Source: Zootoca vivipara
Taxonomy: Eukaryota
Direction: 5' to 3'
Length of the DNA stretch: 64,000 nucleotides
NCBI RefSeq assembly: GCF_963506605.1
Contig: NC_083289.1
Span: 44,888,001-44,952,000 of the forward strand
Shown piece by piece: positions 35,701-48,862 of this stretch. The notes beneath the pieces were generated by a model. It did not search any database. It was given only the letters and a program-made list of their open reading frames with translations, and had not been told where the DNA came from. Every line of letters starts with the position of its first letter. Positions within the stretch are counted from its first letter, which is position 1. The position numbers were made by a program, and so were the translations under genes.

Positions 35701-36669
35701 AAATACTCTGAGAATTCTTAATGCTTTTAGGGAAAGGCATGTGTTGTTGATTTTCTGGCCGTGCTTCATGCCCCGGGTTGCATCAGTTGCACTCTCACTC
35801 TTCCTTATGGAACTACAGTGGTACCTCTACTTACGAATTTAATGCGTTCCGAATGCACATTTGTAAGTCGAAAAAAATTGTAAGTCGAATCCCATAGGAA
35901 TGAATTGGGAGAAAAAATTCATAAGTAGAAGCAATCCTATCTAAATCGCATCCAAGATGGCGGACGGAGCTCTATTCGTAAGCAGAAACATTCGTAAGTA
36001 GAGTTACCACTGTACTAATCTTGGGATACAGTGGTGCCTCGCTAGACGAATTTAATTCGTTCCACGGGTCTTTTCTTATAACGAAAAATTCATCTAGCGA
36101 ATCCCATAGGAATGCATTGAAATTTGTTTTGCCCATAGGAACGCATTAATTGAATTTCAATGCATTCCTATGGGCTAATTAATTCGCTAGACGAATTTTT
36201 CATAAAACGAATTCATCTAGCGAGGCAGCCTCCGCTCGAAAAATCCTTTCACTAAGCGGAAATTTCGTTAAGCAGGGCATTTGTTAAGCGAGGCACCACT
36301 GTACCTAAATTGAACTTACATGGCCAAAGTATACCACTGAGTACTTGTGCTGGAGAAATGGGGAGGTTGTGTTCATAGGAAATTTGTAAAATTTCCCAGA
36401 TGCATGTAGCTGCTTACTGTTGGGATGCCCTGCTGCCATCAGGCGTTAAGTAAAACCTATTTTCCCCAGGTATTTAGTTAATGACAGTATACAGTATGTC
36501 ATTATTGTTTAGCTTTGTCATGGCAATTAGAAGCTGTTTTGAATACACATGGAAATATGGGATAAACCTTTTAAATAAAGAATTCACTTCCATATACAAA
36601 TATCCAAAAGCCTCAGCAACTGTTTGTTTTGGCTATTCAGAGCATGATCGCTGGAGGAAGTATCACTGA
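32539..36669 (+). CDS. ATP5MF: ATP synthase membrane subunit f (ATP5J2), 89 aa
   Basis: Exons 32539-32554, 33687-33794, 35201-35317 and 36641-36669 (270 nt), all GT-AG. Protein MADRPVPVKDMRLLDVKVGQLPNWLATRNYTPAGFVLGVRGGYDRFVKKYIDVKKPGIGGLAMMLTAYVVISYIWSFDHIKHDRWRKYH. Confidence 0.96.
33202..33449. mobile_element. Tc1/mariner-type MITE in ATP5MF intron 1, inserted at TA in a LINE fragment
   Basis: Ends AGAGGTATGACTG followed by TA; the flanking CR1/L2-type fragment resumes after it. Confidence 0.65.
34473..34707. mobile_element. pogo/Tigger-like MITE in ATP5MF intron 2
   Basis: TA-flanked TIR CCGTGTTTCTCATATTATAAGAC / GTCTTAAAATATGAGAAACAGGG; related copy at 54054-54291. Confidence 0.8.
35816..36301. 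mobile_element. Two adjacent Tc1/mariner MITEs in ATP5MF intron 3 (35816-36012, 36029-36301)
   Basis: Each is TA-flanked, with TIRs CAGTGGTACCTCTACTTACGAA and CAGTGGTGCCTCGCT respectively. Confidence 0.85.
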
Positions 36670-36785
36670 AGCTTGATGGACCAGAAGAATACAAGCTACC
36701 ATACTGCAAATTGTAATGAGTTAGCTTCAACTGGATGCAGATTGGCTCTTACCTTCTAGACTCAACAGTGTACTCTGTGACCAAT

Positions 36786-36791
36786 AATAAA
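36786..36791 (+). terminator. ATP5MF polyadenylation signal
   Basis: AATAAA about 120 nt after the stop codon. Confidence 0.75.
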
Positions 36792-37144
36792 ATACTTTCA
36801 TTGTGACTGATGGAACTAATTTGATCACTGCAAGGTAACAAACAGTTATCCTACAGCGGGCGCGGGGGGTGTACATTAAGTTGGTGCTTGAAGGGATTGT
36901 TAACCATAGGCCATGAGTGAATAATTGCCTTTTGTAAGGATAAGGAGTAAAGAGCATTAGACATAGTCAGTGCTATTAACAAAATCTAGAGACTAGATGA
37001 CATTCTTGGAACTTACTCAAGTCTGCAGAGTAATTCAGTTCAGGTGACTGAAGCTGTGTGCATTTTAGAAGTAGGCTCAATCTGGCCCTAGCAACAAAAC
37101 CAAATAATATAGCTTCTTTCATTTGGTTTCTCTAATAAGGGACA

Positions 37145-37150
37145 TTTAAT
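37145..37150 (-). terminator. Candidate CPSF4 polyadenylation signal (ATTAAA)
   Basis: Only strong hexamer I found on the minus strand between the CPSF4 stop and ATP5MF; GU-rich TTATTTGGTTTTGTTGC lies ~35-55 nt downstream. Confidence 0.55.
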
Positions 37151-38220
37151 GCTCTTGTTTTGCAGCAGGAAGATTCCTTAGTAAAATTGAAACCACTGTT
37201 CCTGCTACATAACTGCTCAATCTACAAGATAATCAATTAAATATCCTGGTTATGTTGTGATGCAGGACCTCAGTTAATTTTTCCCAGGCATGTGTACTTT
37301 TTCTGTCCCCCAAAGTCACACTTCATAAATTAACATCAAAGTATCTCCCTTTAAAATAGGAAATAAATGTTTAAAGATAGTTTGGGCAACTGTAGCTGAA
37401 CTCTTTGATAATGGGTCAGAATTGCATGACACATTTCAGAAAGTGCAGATTCTACCATCAAAAATCAAGTATAGTTGTGTGGTAAGATCGTGGAAAGGTG
37501 AAAAGGTACATATAATCTTGTAACACGAGTTTATACACACACGTGTCCCTCTACTTCCAACTATGAATGCATAATGAACTTAAATACCTTTGCTTTTCAA
37601 CTCTGACTAATCAGTTAAAGGGACATGAGCTGTGTAGCTTTGTGACTTCATCTTGGCTACAGAGGCAAGGACATTCTACTGGACTTCAGCAGGATGCCAA
37701 CTCCTTCACCCTCCCACAATAGGAGACAACTGCAGGTAGTTAAGTAAACTCTTTCCACATAACATACCAATAACCCTTGGACCAAACACTTTACATGGAA
37801 GACACTGGTGTAGATTTTAAGCATGTGCAGAACACAGCACAGTTGTGCAACTCATGACATCTCATGAGCTAATCCCCACCTTCCACCCATAGCCAAGGAC
37901 TGCTGAAAAAATGAAAGACTTCCAAGCCAAGGATATTGGAACAAGGAGTGCCAATTCCAAATATTCTATTTCAGAAGAAGGCTTGTGTATTAAGCTTTTC
38001 TTCAGCCTGCTTCCCAGCTGGGCAGTCTGAATAAAGGCAGGCACCACTTATGTTCTAAAAGGTAAAACAAATGAAATACAAAAAAGAAGTTGTGGGTAAG
38101 TAGTCCTCAGTAGGCTGTCCTTTTCGTGTAGTCACTGGGGGGGGGGGTGAAGATGGCTCAACAAGTTCAATGTGGTTTCAGGCATAACTCGGCCCTCATA
38201 TTTAAAAAGGTGCTGCTGGC

Positions 38221-41200
38221 TCATTGTCCGCTAAGGAATGCCAAATGTCCTTTGGTGCATCTGTTGGCATAATGTCCTTTTTCACCACACTGGAGAGAAG
38301 ACCAAAAAAAATGAAGCTATTAAAATGCAGGAAGTTAAAAGCTTCAAATAAAAATAGCATGAATGGAAATAAGCACGAAACCTATCTTCCTCCCAAGGTT
38401 GGAAGTCAATAGTTTATATTTGACTGAAACTTTGAATTGGTGCCTTTCCCTGTGGTGCTGCTTTTGGAAGTGGTTGGTATCCCTGTTTAAAGCAGTGACA
38501 ACAGAGTAAGATGCCAAATGTTAAGCAGCACTAAATTTAATCTATGGCTGTAAGTAATGTTTCTTTGCAACATCAGGTGACAAGTGGGCAGGCCTTGGCC
38601 CAATCAGCCTGGCGGGGCAAATTAGGACCATCAGCCAGAGATTTGTCATTGTTGATATAGATAGAGGGGAATTCTTTACCCATCTTCATGTCCTGTCACA
38701 CAAACTTTGGGAGACAGATAATTTTATCTGGGTACGTTTTTTAGTTGAGAACTATGGAATTCAACTTTGTTGCCTTCCATTGCAACAACTTCCAGAGGTG
38801 TAGCCATATTAACAAAGGTGTTTTCACAAAGGTGTAAGCAGCTTCCCAAGACAGAGATGGAGTTTCCTTATTCTATACCTATCCCTTGCTTCGCTGGTTC
38901 ATACTCTTACATATTCCCTTTTAGATTATCCCTGCAATGAAAGGACTGTCTTCTTAAACATTACAGTACAGTGCTTGGAAGTTTTAGGTGCTTATATGTA
39001 ATAATGCAAAGTACTGCAAGTCCCTAAATCCCACTATTTTTCAAAGTTGGCTGAAACAACACTCTCCGCTTGGATGTATGAAAATAAAATGCAACTGTTT
39101 ATTTCACTTTCAAAACTCAGGATTTGTGGTGCAGAGTTTTAAGATTCCCCAGACAATTCTTTCCCCTACAACCTGCAGGCTTCAGCTTACCTTATAACAG
39201 GTGACCTGTTCCAATGGCCGAGGACCCCTGTTCCCCATGCTGTTGTTTTGAGACTGCATAACTCCAATGACCTGTGGGGTCCTCTGTTGGTTGGGAGAAG
39301 AGTTCTGACTCGTTAATTGGATGAGGGATGATGACCTCTGTAGTGGTGGATTGTTATTTAGCTGAGGGGGGGAAAAGCAGCCCACACATTGAATGATCAA
39401 TTCAGAAAAAATATTCACTGCTATCAGACATGATAATCAAAAAACCATCATCCTGAACCTGGATGTTCTCAACTTCTTAAAATTCAAAGTACTATAGCCC
39501 TGAACCATGATTGAAATGCAACTACCCCCAAGTATGTTTCTTTTTGCCAAGGCTTCTACAAATGCAGAATGTAACATCCAACCTTCAGATAGCAAGAAAT
39601 TCCCACAGTACCTGACTAGAGAATGAAGCACCAATGGTGTATAAAAAGATATACCCTTCAAATAAAAAAAAGTTCCTCACAATGATGCTTTGTGATTTCT
39701 ATTCTCTGAAGGATATAAACTGTATATTTGGTGTTCAACTATTTCAACATCCTTAACCCTCTGGCATTTGGAAGATGCTGCAGAAGTCTGTAGATGTAAC
39801 TGGGGAACTGCATACCTTTTGTTGTGGCAGTGGTGCTGGAGGCAGTGGTGGTTGCTCTGTGGTTCCCATGGGAAGTTCAAATCGAGGGCTAATTTTAAAA
39901 GAAAGTGTATATAAGGAAACATACAAAGATCAAATTGACCCTCAAACCACTGACACTTCTCCCTTACAGCTTCAGAGTTCATACATGTCCTGAGCAACAG
40001 AAAATAATTCCTTTCCATGTTACATTTTGCTGCTTGGATACAGAAACTACAGCAATGAGAAAGTATTTTCTACATACAGCGCTAGTACAGGAAGGAGAAA
40101 CAGATTCTCTCCAACCAAATCATTCAGAGGCCAGTAACCAACAACCAGAGCAGCTTGAGGAAGAGCCCACCCTCGAGGCTAAAGAAGCATGAGGTACTTT
40201 CTCCAGCCAAATTGAGAGACGCTTACAGGGCTAACACATTGCGACAACTTGTGGGAACAAGCTATACCCCATGCTGCTAGGGAAAGTCAGACCTCTAGGA
40301 TACTGTCAACCTGACAATATCTTCCCATTTTCAAGTATGATAGCAAAACTCAACCTGAGCAAAACCTAAGCTCTGTGCAAGCCTGCCTTATTGGGAAGCC
40401 ACAAGCCTCAGTAGGTTAAGAAAAATATTTGTGAAATACAACAATCATTTTCCAAGACCATTTCACTTCCATGTGTTTTCTTACAGCGGGGTAGGGCATC
40501 ATCCTACACCGGATCTCCTCCCAGCTGCTCCTGAAGGCAAGCTTTGAGACCTTCAAGTGTACAAAAGGCCCTTCCCATATCGATCATATCTTAGCTCCAG
40601 AAAGCAGGGCATTGATGGGGCTCTGCAGAACTTTCTTTCCTCAACCTTTCCTAACTTTCTGGCTTCTAAATTTCCCATGTCTTTCTCTCTCACTACTATG
40701 GAGCTTATTCAGAAATGGGTTTAAAATGTTTTCTTCAACTCGAAAAAGAAGAGTCCAGCACTTTCTCATCACTCATTTGAGGAATATTCTGACTCTGGAA
40801 CCAGCCTAAAAGATTTCCAGGATACATTTGAATGGCAGAGTGCATGGTAGATGAGCTTGTGACACTTGTGAATGAGCCTGGGGCAACTTTCAAAGAAATT
40901 AATATATGCCAGTGTGTGATATAGAAGTTATGATGTATAAGGTTAAAGGGGAAACATAAAACAGCAGAAATAATCCTGGAGCATACTCACTGCATGAATT
41001 TGCAAGTGGGGCCCTCTGGACAGAAGCCTACCAGATAATTCACACATATAACACGTCGGGTATGTCTGTGCCTACAGAGGGGGCCTGCAATTAAATATTT
41101 TGTGGTTATATCTGTTATATGCAAACACAGGAAACATTCAGGATACACAAGGCTTGCTGTATACACACAAAACCGAGCCTACCAAGGCTACCTGTGATGT

Positions 41201-44200
41201 CTGTCCATTCAAGCTGCAAGGATTGTGCATTTTCAGAGACTTTCTCACTACCACAAACATAAATTTCCCAGAAATGAAGTCAAGTTCTTAAGCAGCCAAC
41301 TCTTATGCCAGACATCAGGGATGGGACCTTCCCAAAGTGCAAGGTGTTGCAGCTTCACATTATGGTTGCAAAGCAAATATACGTTGGAAGTCAACAAAGA
41401 TGCAGGCTAGCAAGCTACACAGCCAGCAGCAGAAATATGTGGTATACATACCGTGTTTACAAAAACCTCTGTCATACCAAGGGCAATCTTTTATCTTAGA
41501 TTCTGGGTCAATGTGCAAAAATGGGCATTCCTTGTTGCTGCATTCCCCTGCAGTAGACAAACACTCACTTTACTGGACCAAGCAAGAGAGAAAGAGCATT
41601 GTGCATCAGCATTAGGATCAAACAGCTTTCCCAGAACAATGATACAGCATCAGGAAAAACTTGAATGCATATCTTTTTGCCATCACAAGAATCTTGGCTT
41701 TCTAGAATCTTGGCTTTCTAGTGACCAGTAATTTACCAATCCTGGAAGTGTAAACCTTCTCTAGCCAGATAAATAAAGATTCTAAAAAGTTAAGCATAAA
41801 GAGTCATCTTCAGAAGAAAGACAATTTAAGGTTTTTAATTATGCTATACTAAATCACCACAAAGTTGGTGTCATTTAGATCATTTATTCACTTCAAGTGC
41901 AACCCAAACCAAACAAGGCATATAAAAATTATGGAATTCACAGTACGTTACAGACAGCACAGCACATTATGAAACAACAACAAGTGAAAGTGCAAATTTT
42001 CAAACAGAACTACTCAATGTATGACCATATGCCTGCGCTCAAGGGTTATACACATATCTGATTATTTTGTCCTATAAACACAGGAAGAGAAATTCCAAAT
42101 TGCACCAGACAACATAACAACATACAGAATTTACTGTTCACTGCAAATAAGTTTAGCTCAAAAACCAGCTCCTAATGGTGAGAACTGCAAGGTAACTTAT
42201 CTCGTTCCATTGTGTTACTGCCAATCCTAATACATGGCCCCAAAATGTGTGAAGCAATATGATTTCACATGACCCAACTACAACTCAAGGCTGGTGTCTC
42301 TATGGAGACCTAGTACAGTATACAGTATAGCAACCAAAAGGGAATTACAAATGTAGTAAGAATTTACTTCTAAACCACTGGTTCTTGCCCAGATGAGGGA
42401 ACAAACCTTTATATAAAAACCAATAGACTATCCAAGCAAAGCTTCCAGTAGGAACCCAGTTTATTTAGAAAAGCTATTGCACAATAGGACAGGCCCACTA
42501 ACCAGTTGTTTAGCAATGAACTGCCAGTTAGAAAGATTGCTCTGAATGAACATTAGAGCAAAGCTTTTATAGAGTTATACTGTACACACATAGCCATACA
42601 CCATAAAACAACATTGCATACATCAAGGGGTGTAAAATGTCAGGCTCCACTGTGTTAGCAACTTCCCCTCATTCAGCTTTTGCACTTATCCACAGTTGCC
42701 TTGACAACCAGGCCTTCAGAAAGGAACTATGACATTCCATTCCCATATCTTCTTTCTGTGTCCTAGGAAAGCTTCAAGGAGATGCTAGTTTAACACTTGT
42801 TGCTAACTTAAAACTGTCCTAGCGAAACATTCTGAGTAGCTGCAAAAAATACTCCAGGGTCAGATAAGCAAGTAATGCAGTGATTCAGTGGTTTACACAA
42901 TGTGAGAGATACGCATGAGAGTTACACAATGCAGGAACACCAGAATCAAATTATTCTTTGGTAAATTCTATATAGAGAATAAGTGCTATTGGATAAATAT
43001 ATAAAACAGCCACAGCAAAATCTGTATCAATAATCTAATATCAAAATTTATACATCACAAAGTTGCAAATTTCTGTCATCAGTGGGTGGTGTTAGGCAAG
43101 CATCTCCTCATGGAATTGTAAAACAGTACTGACCTTAATTTATGAAGCTATTGTAAGGATTGCTGAGACAATATATATGAAGTATCCTGAACATTTTAAA
43201 GTGCTTCATAAATGTCTATTTGTATTGAGTGATTTCCTCTGTACAAGGCAAGCCTTCACAGTACCAGTAAAACTCACGCAGATACCATATTTCCTCTTAC
43301 CATATTTTGAGTAAAAATAACACTCTGGCATCTTAGTCATGTCATATTCATGCAAGAATTCACACTGGTCACCCTTCTTGCACAGCCCTCGTAGCCAGTG
43401 TTTGCAAACTACTGTCTTTTCGCCACTGATGTGCCGGAAGGGACACATTCCTCCTATTGTGCAGAAAACAAGAGATAAAAGAAATGCTCTTTAACACACA
43501 CCCCATCTGAGTTATGGGTAGAAAGCATCAAGGAATGTCTATTACAATTTTCCTTTGACCTAAACATGTTTGGCTCACAGAGCATATTTTTTGATAGATA
43601 ATATATGCAGAACTGGGACCCAGGTGGCGCTGTGGTTAAACCACTGAGCCTAGGGCTTGCTGATCAGAAGGTCGGCGGTTCGAATCCCTGTGACGGGGTG
43701 AGCTCCTGTTGCTTGGTCCCAGCTCCTGCCAACCTAGCAGTTCGAAAGCACATCAAAATGCAAGTAGATAAATAGGAACGGCTATAGCGGGAAGGTAAAC
43801 GGCGTTTCCATGTGCTGCTCTGGTTTGCCAGAAGCGGCTTTGTCATGCTGGCCACATGACCTGGAAGCTATACGCCGGCTCCCTCGGCCAATAATGCCAA
43901 ATGAGCGCTGCAACCCCAGAGTCGGTCACGACTGGACCTAATGGTCAGGGGTCCCTTTACCTATATGCAGAACTAACATGGTAGAAACAACCTCTCCCCT
44001 CATAGAGTCTTCTAGGCAGATAGGATGACCAAGAAATGTCAAAATGAAAGGAGGGTCCATGAATAGAAAATCATGTCTTCTCAAAAAGTCATAGGAGCTT
44101 GGAAACCACAAGATCCTAATGTATTATTTTTATTCCGATACCTCAGTTTGTAAGTCAATGGGGTCAAAAAAGTGGTTTTGTTGTACCAGGGACTGATAGT

Positions 44201-46472
44201 GTGCTTGGAGGCCATTTAGTTCTACAAAGTTTTGTACATCTTATGTCCACATACCTAACAAGACTTCCTTGTTTCTGTCAAGTGCTACGTACACTGATGC
44301 AGTATATAAACAATAAAGACTAACTACTGATTCACAATAAAGGACTGTGGTTTATTAATTGGCTCTGCTTCATCTTTTTCTAGCACAGCAATTTGCAGTT
44401 GTGGCTTACCTTTTCCACAGGCCGCTTTTAAAAAAAAATCACAGACAGCTGCACCCGATTCTGTGGAAAAAGAGATTCACAATCAAGCTCCCTATATCCT
44501 ACACCTCAGTAGTTTCAACAGTTGCGTTATTACATTATCAAAATGAAGACCGCTATACAAATTAATCACTCAAGTCTTCAGATGGAAATTTACCCAGTAT
44601 CATCTAATGAATTTATGGCTAATCACACATTTCATATTCTTTTTTTAAAGTCCATATTCAAACTGTTACAGCACTGACAGGAACTGCTGGGGCAACGTAC
44701 AGTTTAGCAGTGTTCCTGAGCCTCTCATAGCTATGTAACAAGTAGAAATCCAGAAAAGGTTTTCCTAGCATTTCTTCCCTTAGCCTGAGAATGTTTTGGA
44801 TAACTTGAAAGCCCACATGCACCATGGAAAGAAGTTTGTACTAAGCTGGCTACCTATTTTGTTCACACAAAGTTTGCCTGTTTTGAATTCTCTAAAGTGT
44901 TATATAAATGCTAGTTGTTATTATTATGCTTCCTACTGCAGCTTTGGGGGCAAGTAAATAAGTTATTGTTTTTGAAGGCATTTTTTGGTTGAATTTTATG
45001 AAATTTTTACAGCTGTTGACTATACTATTTTATGGATCCACTTTTTTCCTTTTAAAAAATACTTCCTTTGCACTTTAGCAACTGACTTCTCAAATATAGT
45101 TTTAATCCTACAAAGCTGCATCTTTGCTTTTACTCACTAGTCTACCACCACCAATTTATCAGTCAACAGGCCAAAATTAAAACTATATAATGCACCCTTT
45201 TATTAAGTACAGAGTACAAATCAAAGTATGACATAAGTGTGATTGATGGAGGGCATTATCAACTGCAACTAGTGCTCTGGTCCATGGGGTCATGAAGAGT
45301 CGGATACGACTAAACGACAACAATAGCATTAAAAATAGCAAAGTGGAAATTATGGAAATAAGTAGACCTCGGTTTTTCAGGGCTTTGTAAATGTATACAA
45401 GGACAATGAACCTGGTTCAGTAGTAGAGGGGCAGCCAGCACAGATTTTTTTTAATAATGATGTTGCATGTTGTTGGCCAGGTGGTCCTGTCAGCAGTCTG
45501 GCCATTCTATTCTGCTTCAGCAGGAGCTTCTGGACAGACCCAACAAAAATACACTGCAGTAATCCAGTCTTGAGAGTACCACCACATAGTTATGATGGCT
45601 ACATAGAACCTCTGGAATCGAGTCAGTGTATCTCAGAGTCCTTTTCTACAGAACAACAGGAAGAGAAAGCTGTTGCCTTCATGCCCTACTGGAGGGTTTT
45701 CCAGAGGAATCTGGGTGGCTGCTACAGGAGGCAGGACACCAGACTACACAGGACCTTTCACCTGCTCCAACAGGGCTCTTCCTCCACTAGGGTTATAAGT
45801 AGGTTTAATCCCCCCTTTAAATAAATTTGATTCATAGTTTAATCCATCTGCCTTCTCTTCAGTGACTCACAGGGCAAACCTACACTGCCTGCCTCAAAAA
45901 TAAGCCCTGCCAAATTCAACAGGACCTAGCACTTAAAAGTAGAATTTTCTTCTGAGGAGGGGGGGGGGTTATTCCAAAATGTGTTTTTGTGGAATCGTAA
46001 ACCACACAATTGATATAATTTATTTAGATAACACTTAAATCCCGGTGAGACTCTGAAAGAAGCTTAAAAAACAAAACAAAAACCTTCAAAACCTAGGTGC
46101 AGCAACAAAAACTATACGACATCCGCATGGAACAAGGATTGCTCTGGCCCCCTTCCGTGACGTGTCCTCCAAGTTAACACCTCCCTCAAAGGCCCCTATT
46201 CAGTATATTGGGAATAATAATAATAATAATTGCAATGTGTGCCTCTGCCTCATTCTCCCTCCATCTTCAATTCCACCGGGAAGAGCAGGTGTGGGGCGGG
46301 GGGATCTGGGTCTGCCTCTTCCTGCGCGGCCCTCCCTGACCTCCCTCCCTCCGCCGCCCCGTCGCGTACTGTCCATGCCCGGGAAGGGCAGCGGCTGCGC
46401 CCCGAGCTGCTGCTCCACCGCGATCTCCAGGTCGAACTTGATGTGATCCACGCTGGCGATAAGTTCCTGCAT
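38221..46472 (-). CDS. CPSF4: Cleavage and polyadenylation specificity factor 4 (CPSF30), 269 aa
   Basis: Exons 46370-46472, 44410-44460, 43301-43453, 41452-41547, 40991-41084, 39816-39888, 39191-39361 and 38221-38289 (810 nt). [35 protein letters not shown]..., five CCCH fingers and a C-terminal knuckle [14 protein letters not shown]. Confidence 0.97.
43615..43961 (+). mobile_element. Sauria/Squam1-type SINE in CPSF4 intron 2
   Basis: TSD TATATGCAGAACT at 43602-43614 and 43962-43974. Confidence 0.92.
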
Positions 46473-47230
46473 GGCGGCGGCGGCGGCTGTGCGTTCAAAG
46501 GAGGCAGACTGGGCAAGGAAGCGAAGTATCTCCGCTCCCCTCGAGGCGCTTCGGCTCTGAGGGAAAACTGAGGTAAAACCAAAGGGCGGGGCGAGTGAGG
46601 AGCCTAACGCTTGTGTGCGCGCGCGAGTAAGAGGGACACCAGCTCCCTCCAATCCGAACCCGACGGGCCTTCGCGAGGGATGCTGGGAGCTGCGGGGCTT
46701 GCGCACGCGCGCGCTCACACCCCGCCTCCGCTCTCCGGCTCAGCCAATAAGACTAGGCCCCGCCCCTTCAGTTGGGTGGGCGAGGTTAAAGTCCCTCGCG
46801 CAGCCATGGTTCGTGTCCCACTCTCTCTCTCACTCGCTTTCCTCTTTCCGGCCCCGCCTCCCCTAGCTTAAAGAGTCGGAAGCATTGTTATGGGTAGAGA
46901 GAAGAAGAGGGCGGAGGAAGAGCGAACCAATCGGCTCTCGCGCCGAGGTGGGGGGGTGGCTCCTCGGCCTATCGCCCCAGCCCGAACGAGAAGCTCCGCC
47001 TACCACTTCCAGAGGCCGAGGCGTGCGGGGAAGTCGGGAGTCGCGAGCGGGAGGTCCGGCCTCGCGCGTGGAGGGAACGTTGGCGGGTGAGTGGCAGCTC
47101 GTGTGCGCGTGCGCGCAATATAGAGGGGAGGAGGTGGTCGTGGCGCCTCATGGAGGCCCCTTCTGTCTCGGCCGTGGAAGAGGCTCCTAGAGTCGGCCTC
47201 AGCCACCGCAGCACGGTGGCCAGGGGTGAC
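46280..47230. promoter_or_regulatory. Bidirectional CpG-island promoter of CPSF4 and PTCD1
   Basis: High CpG; CCAAT boxes near 46744 and 46927; several GC boxes and GCGCGCG motifs; likely non-coding PTCD1 exon 1 ending at 47086 (CGG|GTGAGT). Confidence 0.85.
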
Positions 47231-48862
47231 GGGAATTGGAGTCCAGCAAAACTCATGGAGGGCTTTAGCTTTCCCATCCGAGCCTGGTCCTCACACTGCT
47301 CTTGAGAACAGTAGTCGTAATAATAATAATAATAATAGTTTTATGATTTATGATTTTATTTTATTTTTTAAAATTTCTATACCTCTTTATATTTTTAAGA
47401 ACAATCTCAAAGCGGTCTACACTACAGCATATTAAATCAATAAAACATAAATAAAACAATCTGAAGAAAGTCAAATATAGAGTATACAGTCAAAGCAACA
47501 CAACATAAAACTAAAATATTACCTTTAAAGATAATATTTATAGTCCGAACACATCTGACTGGGTTGCCCCCATATAAAACATATTAAAACGTCAAATTCT
47601 GTATTCAAAACCTCCCCGATAACAGGGCTGCCTTCAGAGGTCTTCTAAAGGTTGTGTAGTTCTTTATCTCCTTGACATCTGATGGGAAGACACCACTGCC
47701 TAGAAGTATCGAGTGGGGGGCTTCTTCCCACAGCCCTGAGAGCATTTGTTTTGTAAAATTTACGTACCGCCTGATTGTAAAAACAAACCTACAACAACAC
47801 CCTCAAAGCGGTTTACAAAAAGATAAAACAGTAAAATGGAGAGAGAAAAATGCAACCCTACTTTCAAAGTTTAAATACTAGAACTAGAATTCTTGACACC
47901 CGCAAAGTTGTGGAACTTTTTCCATCGTGTTGCCATGCACCCAAGTTTTCCCTGACATTTTGCCCCCTGGTGCCATTTTTTACACCCGAAGGCAAGAACA
48001 TGTCAGGAATTTTCCTGACGTATGGCAAGCCTATTTCTAAGCACCTGGGTAGGCTTCTCTAAACAGGAATGTTCTTTTCATCAGGCGCCGAAAAGAGTGC
48101 GGTGAAGACGCCGGCTTGATCTCCGTAGGCAAGGAGTTCCAAAGTGCAGGTGCTGCCACACTAAAAGATCAAGTTGTTACAGATACGGAATGGGTATTAT
48201 GTGGAACCTGTAGTATTGCCAATTCCGCCAGTCAAAACAGTCAAGTGGGCGCATGTAAAATAAGAAACTTTGTTTGAAATGTTTCCACACTTAAGCTTTC
48301 ATCAAAACAGATTTCAGAGCAGCATATAATAGTATAGGTAAAGCATTGTGTGCAGTTAAGTTTTACTCAAAATAGACCCATTTAAATGAATGGGCCTCAG
48401 TTAATTTATTTTTTTTACAATGCAAAGTGTGGATTGAAAAAACAACCTAAAAGCAGGAACAAGCTAAGATGCAAAGTACAATAAACTCAAAAATATGAAT
48501 TACTTAAAGTGTCTAACTAAGGCTGCAGTCCTATAACTAGGGCTAACTTACCCATTGAACTCAAGAGGCCCATCGGGAACCTGTGGCCCTCCAGATGTTG
48601 CTGGACTCCCAACTCCCAACATTCCTAGCCGTATGATGTGATGCAACAATTTGATCAGTGCTGTGTTTAGTTTCTGATCTTGTTTTAATTTTGATGTATC
48701 GTCGTTTTAATGTTTAACAGAAGCCACTGCAAGTTTGTTTGTCTGTTTGTTTTAAATTTTAATGAAAAGTAAGGATATAGATATATAAAAAAATGTTTTG
48801 GATTTGGATTCTAGGAGATGGCCGTCTAATCAGAGAACAAGGTGACGAAAGCGGGTACCACA

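Noticed and set aside
40485-40622. Poison exon in CPSF4 intron 5
   Set aside because: AG and GT are present and it would add a stop, but the acceptor is preceded by a purine-rich tract; no supporting evidence.
46162-47305. Overlapping ORFs in the CPSF4/PTCD1 CpG island
   Set aside because: Expected from stop-codon scarcity in GC-rich DNA; only 46370-46472 is a real coding exon.
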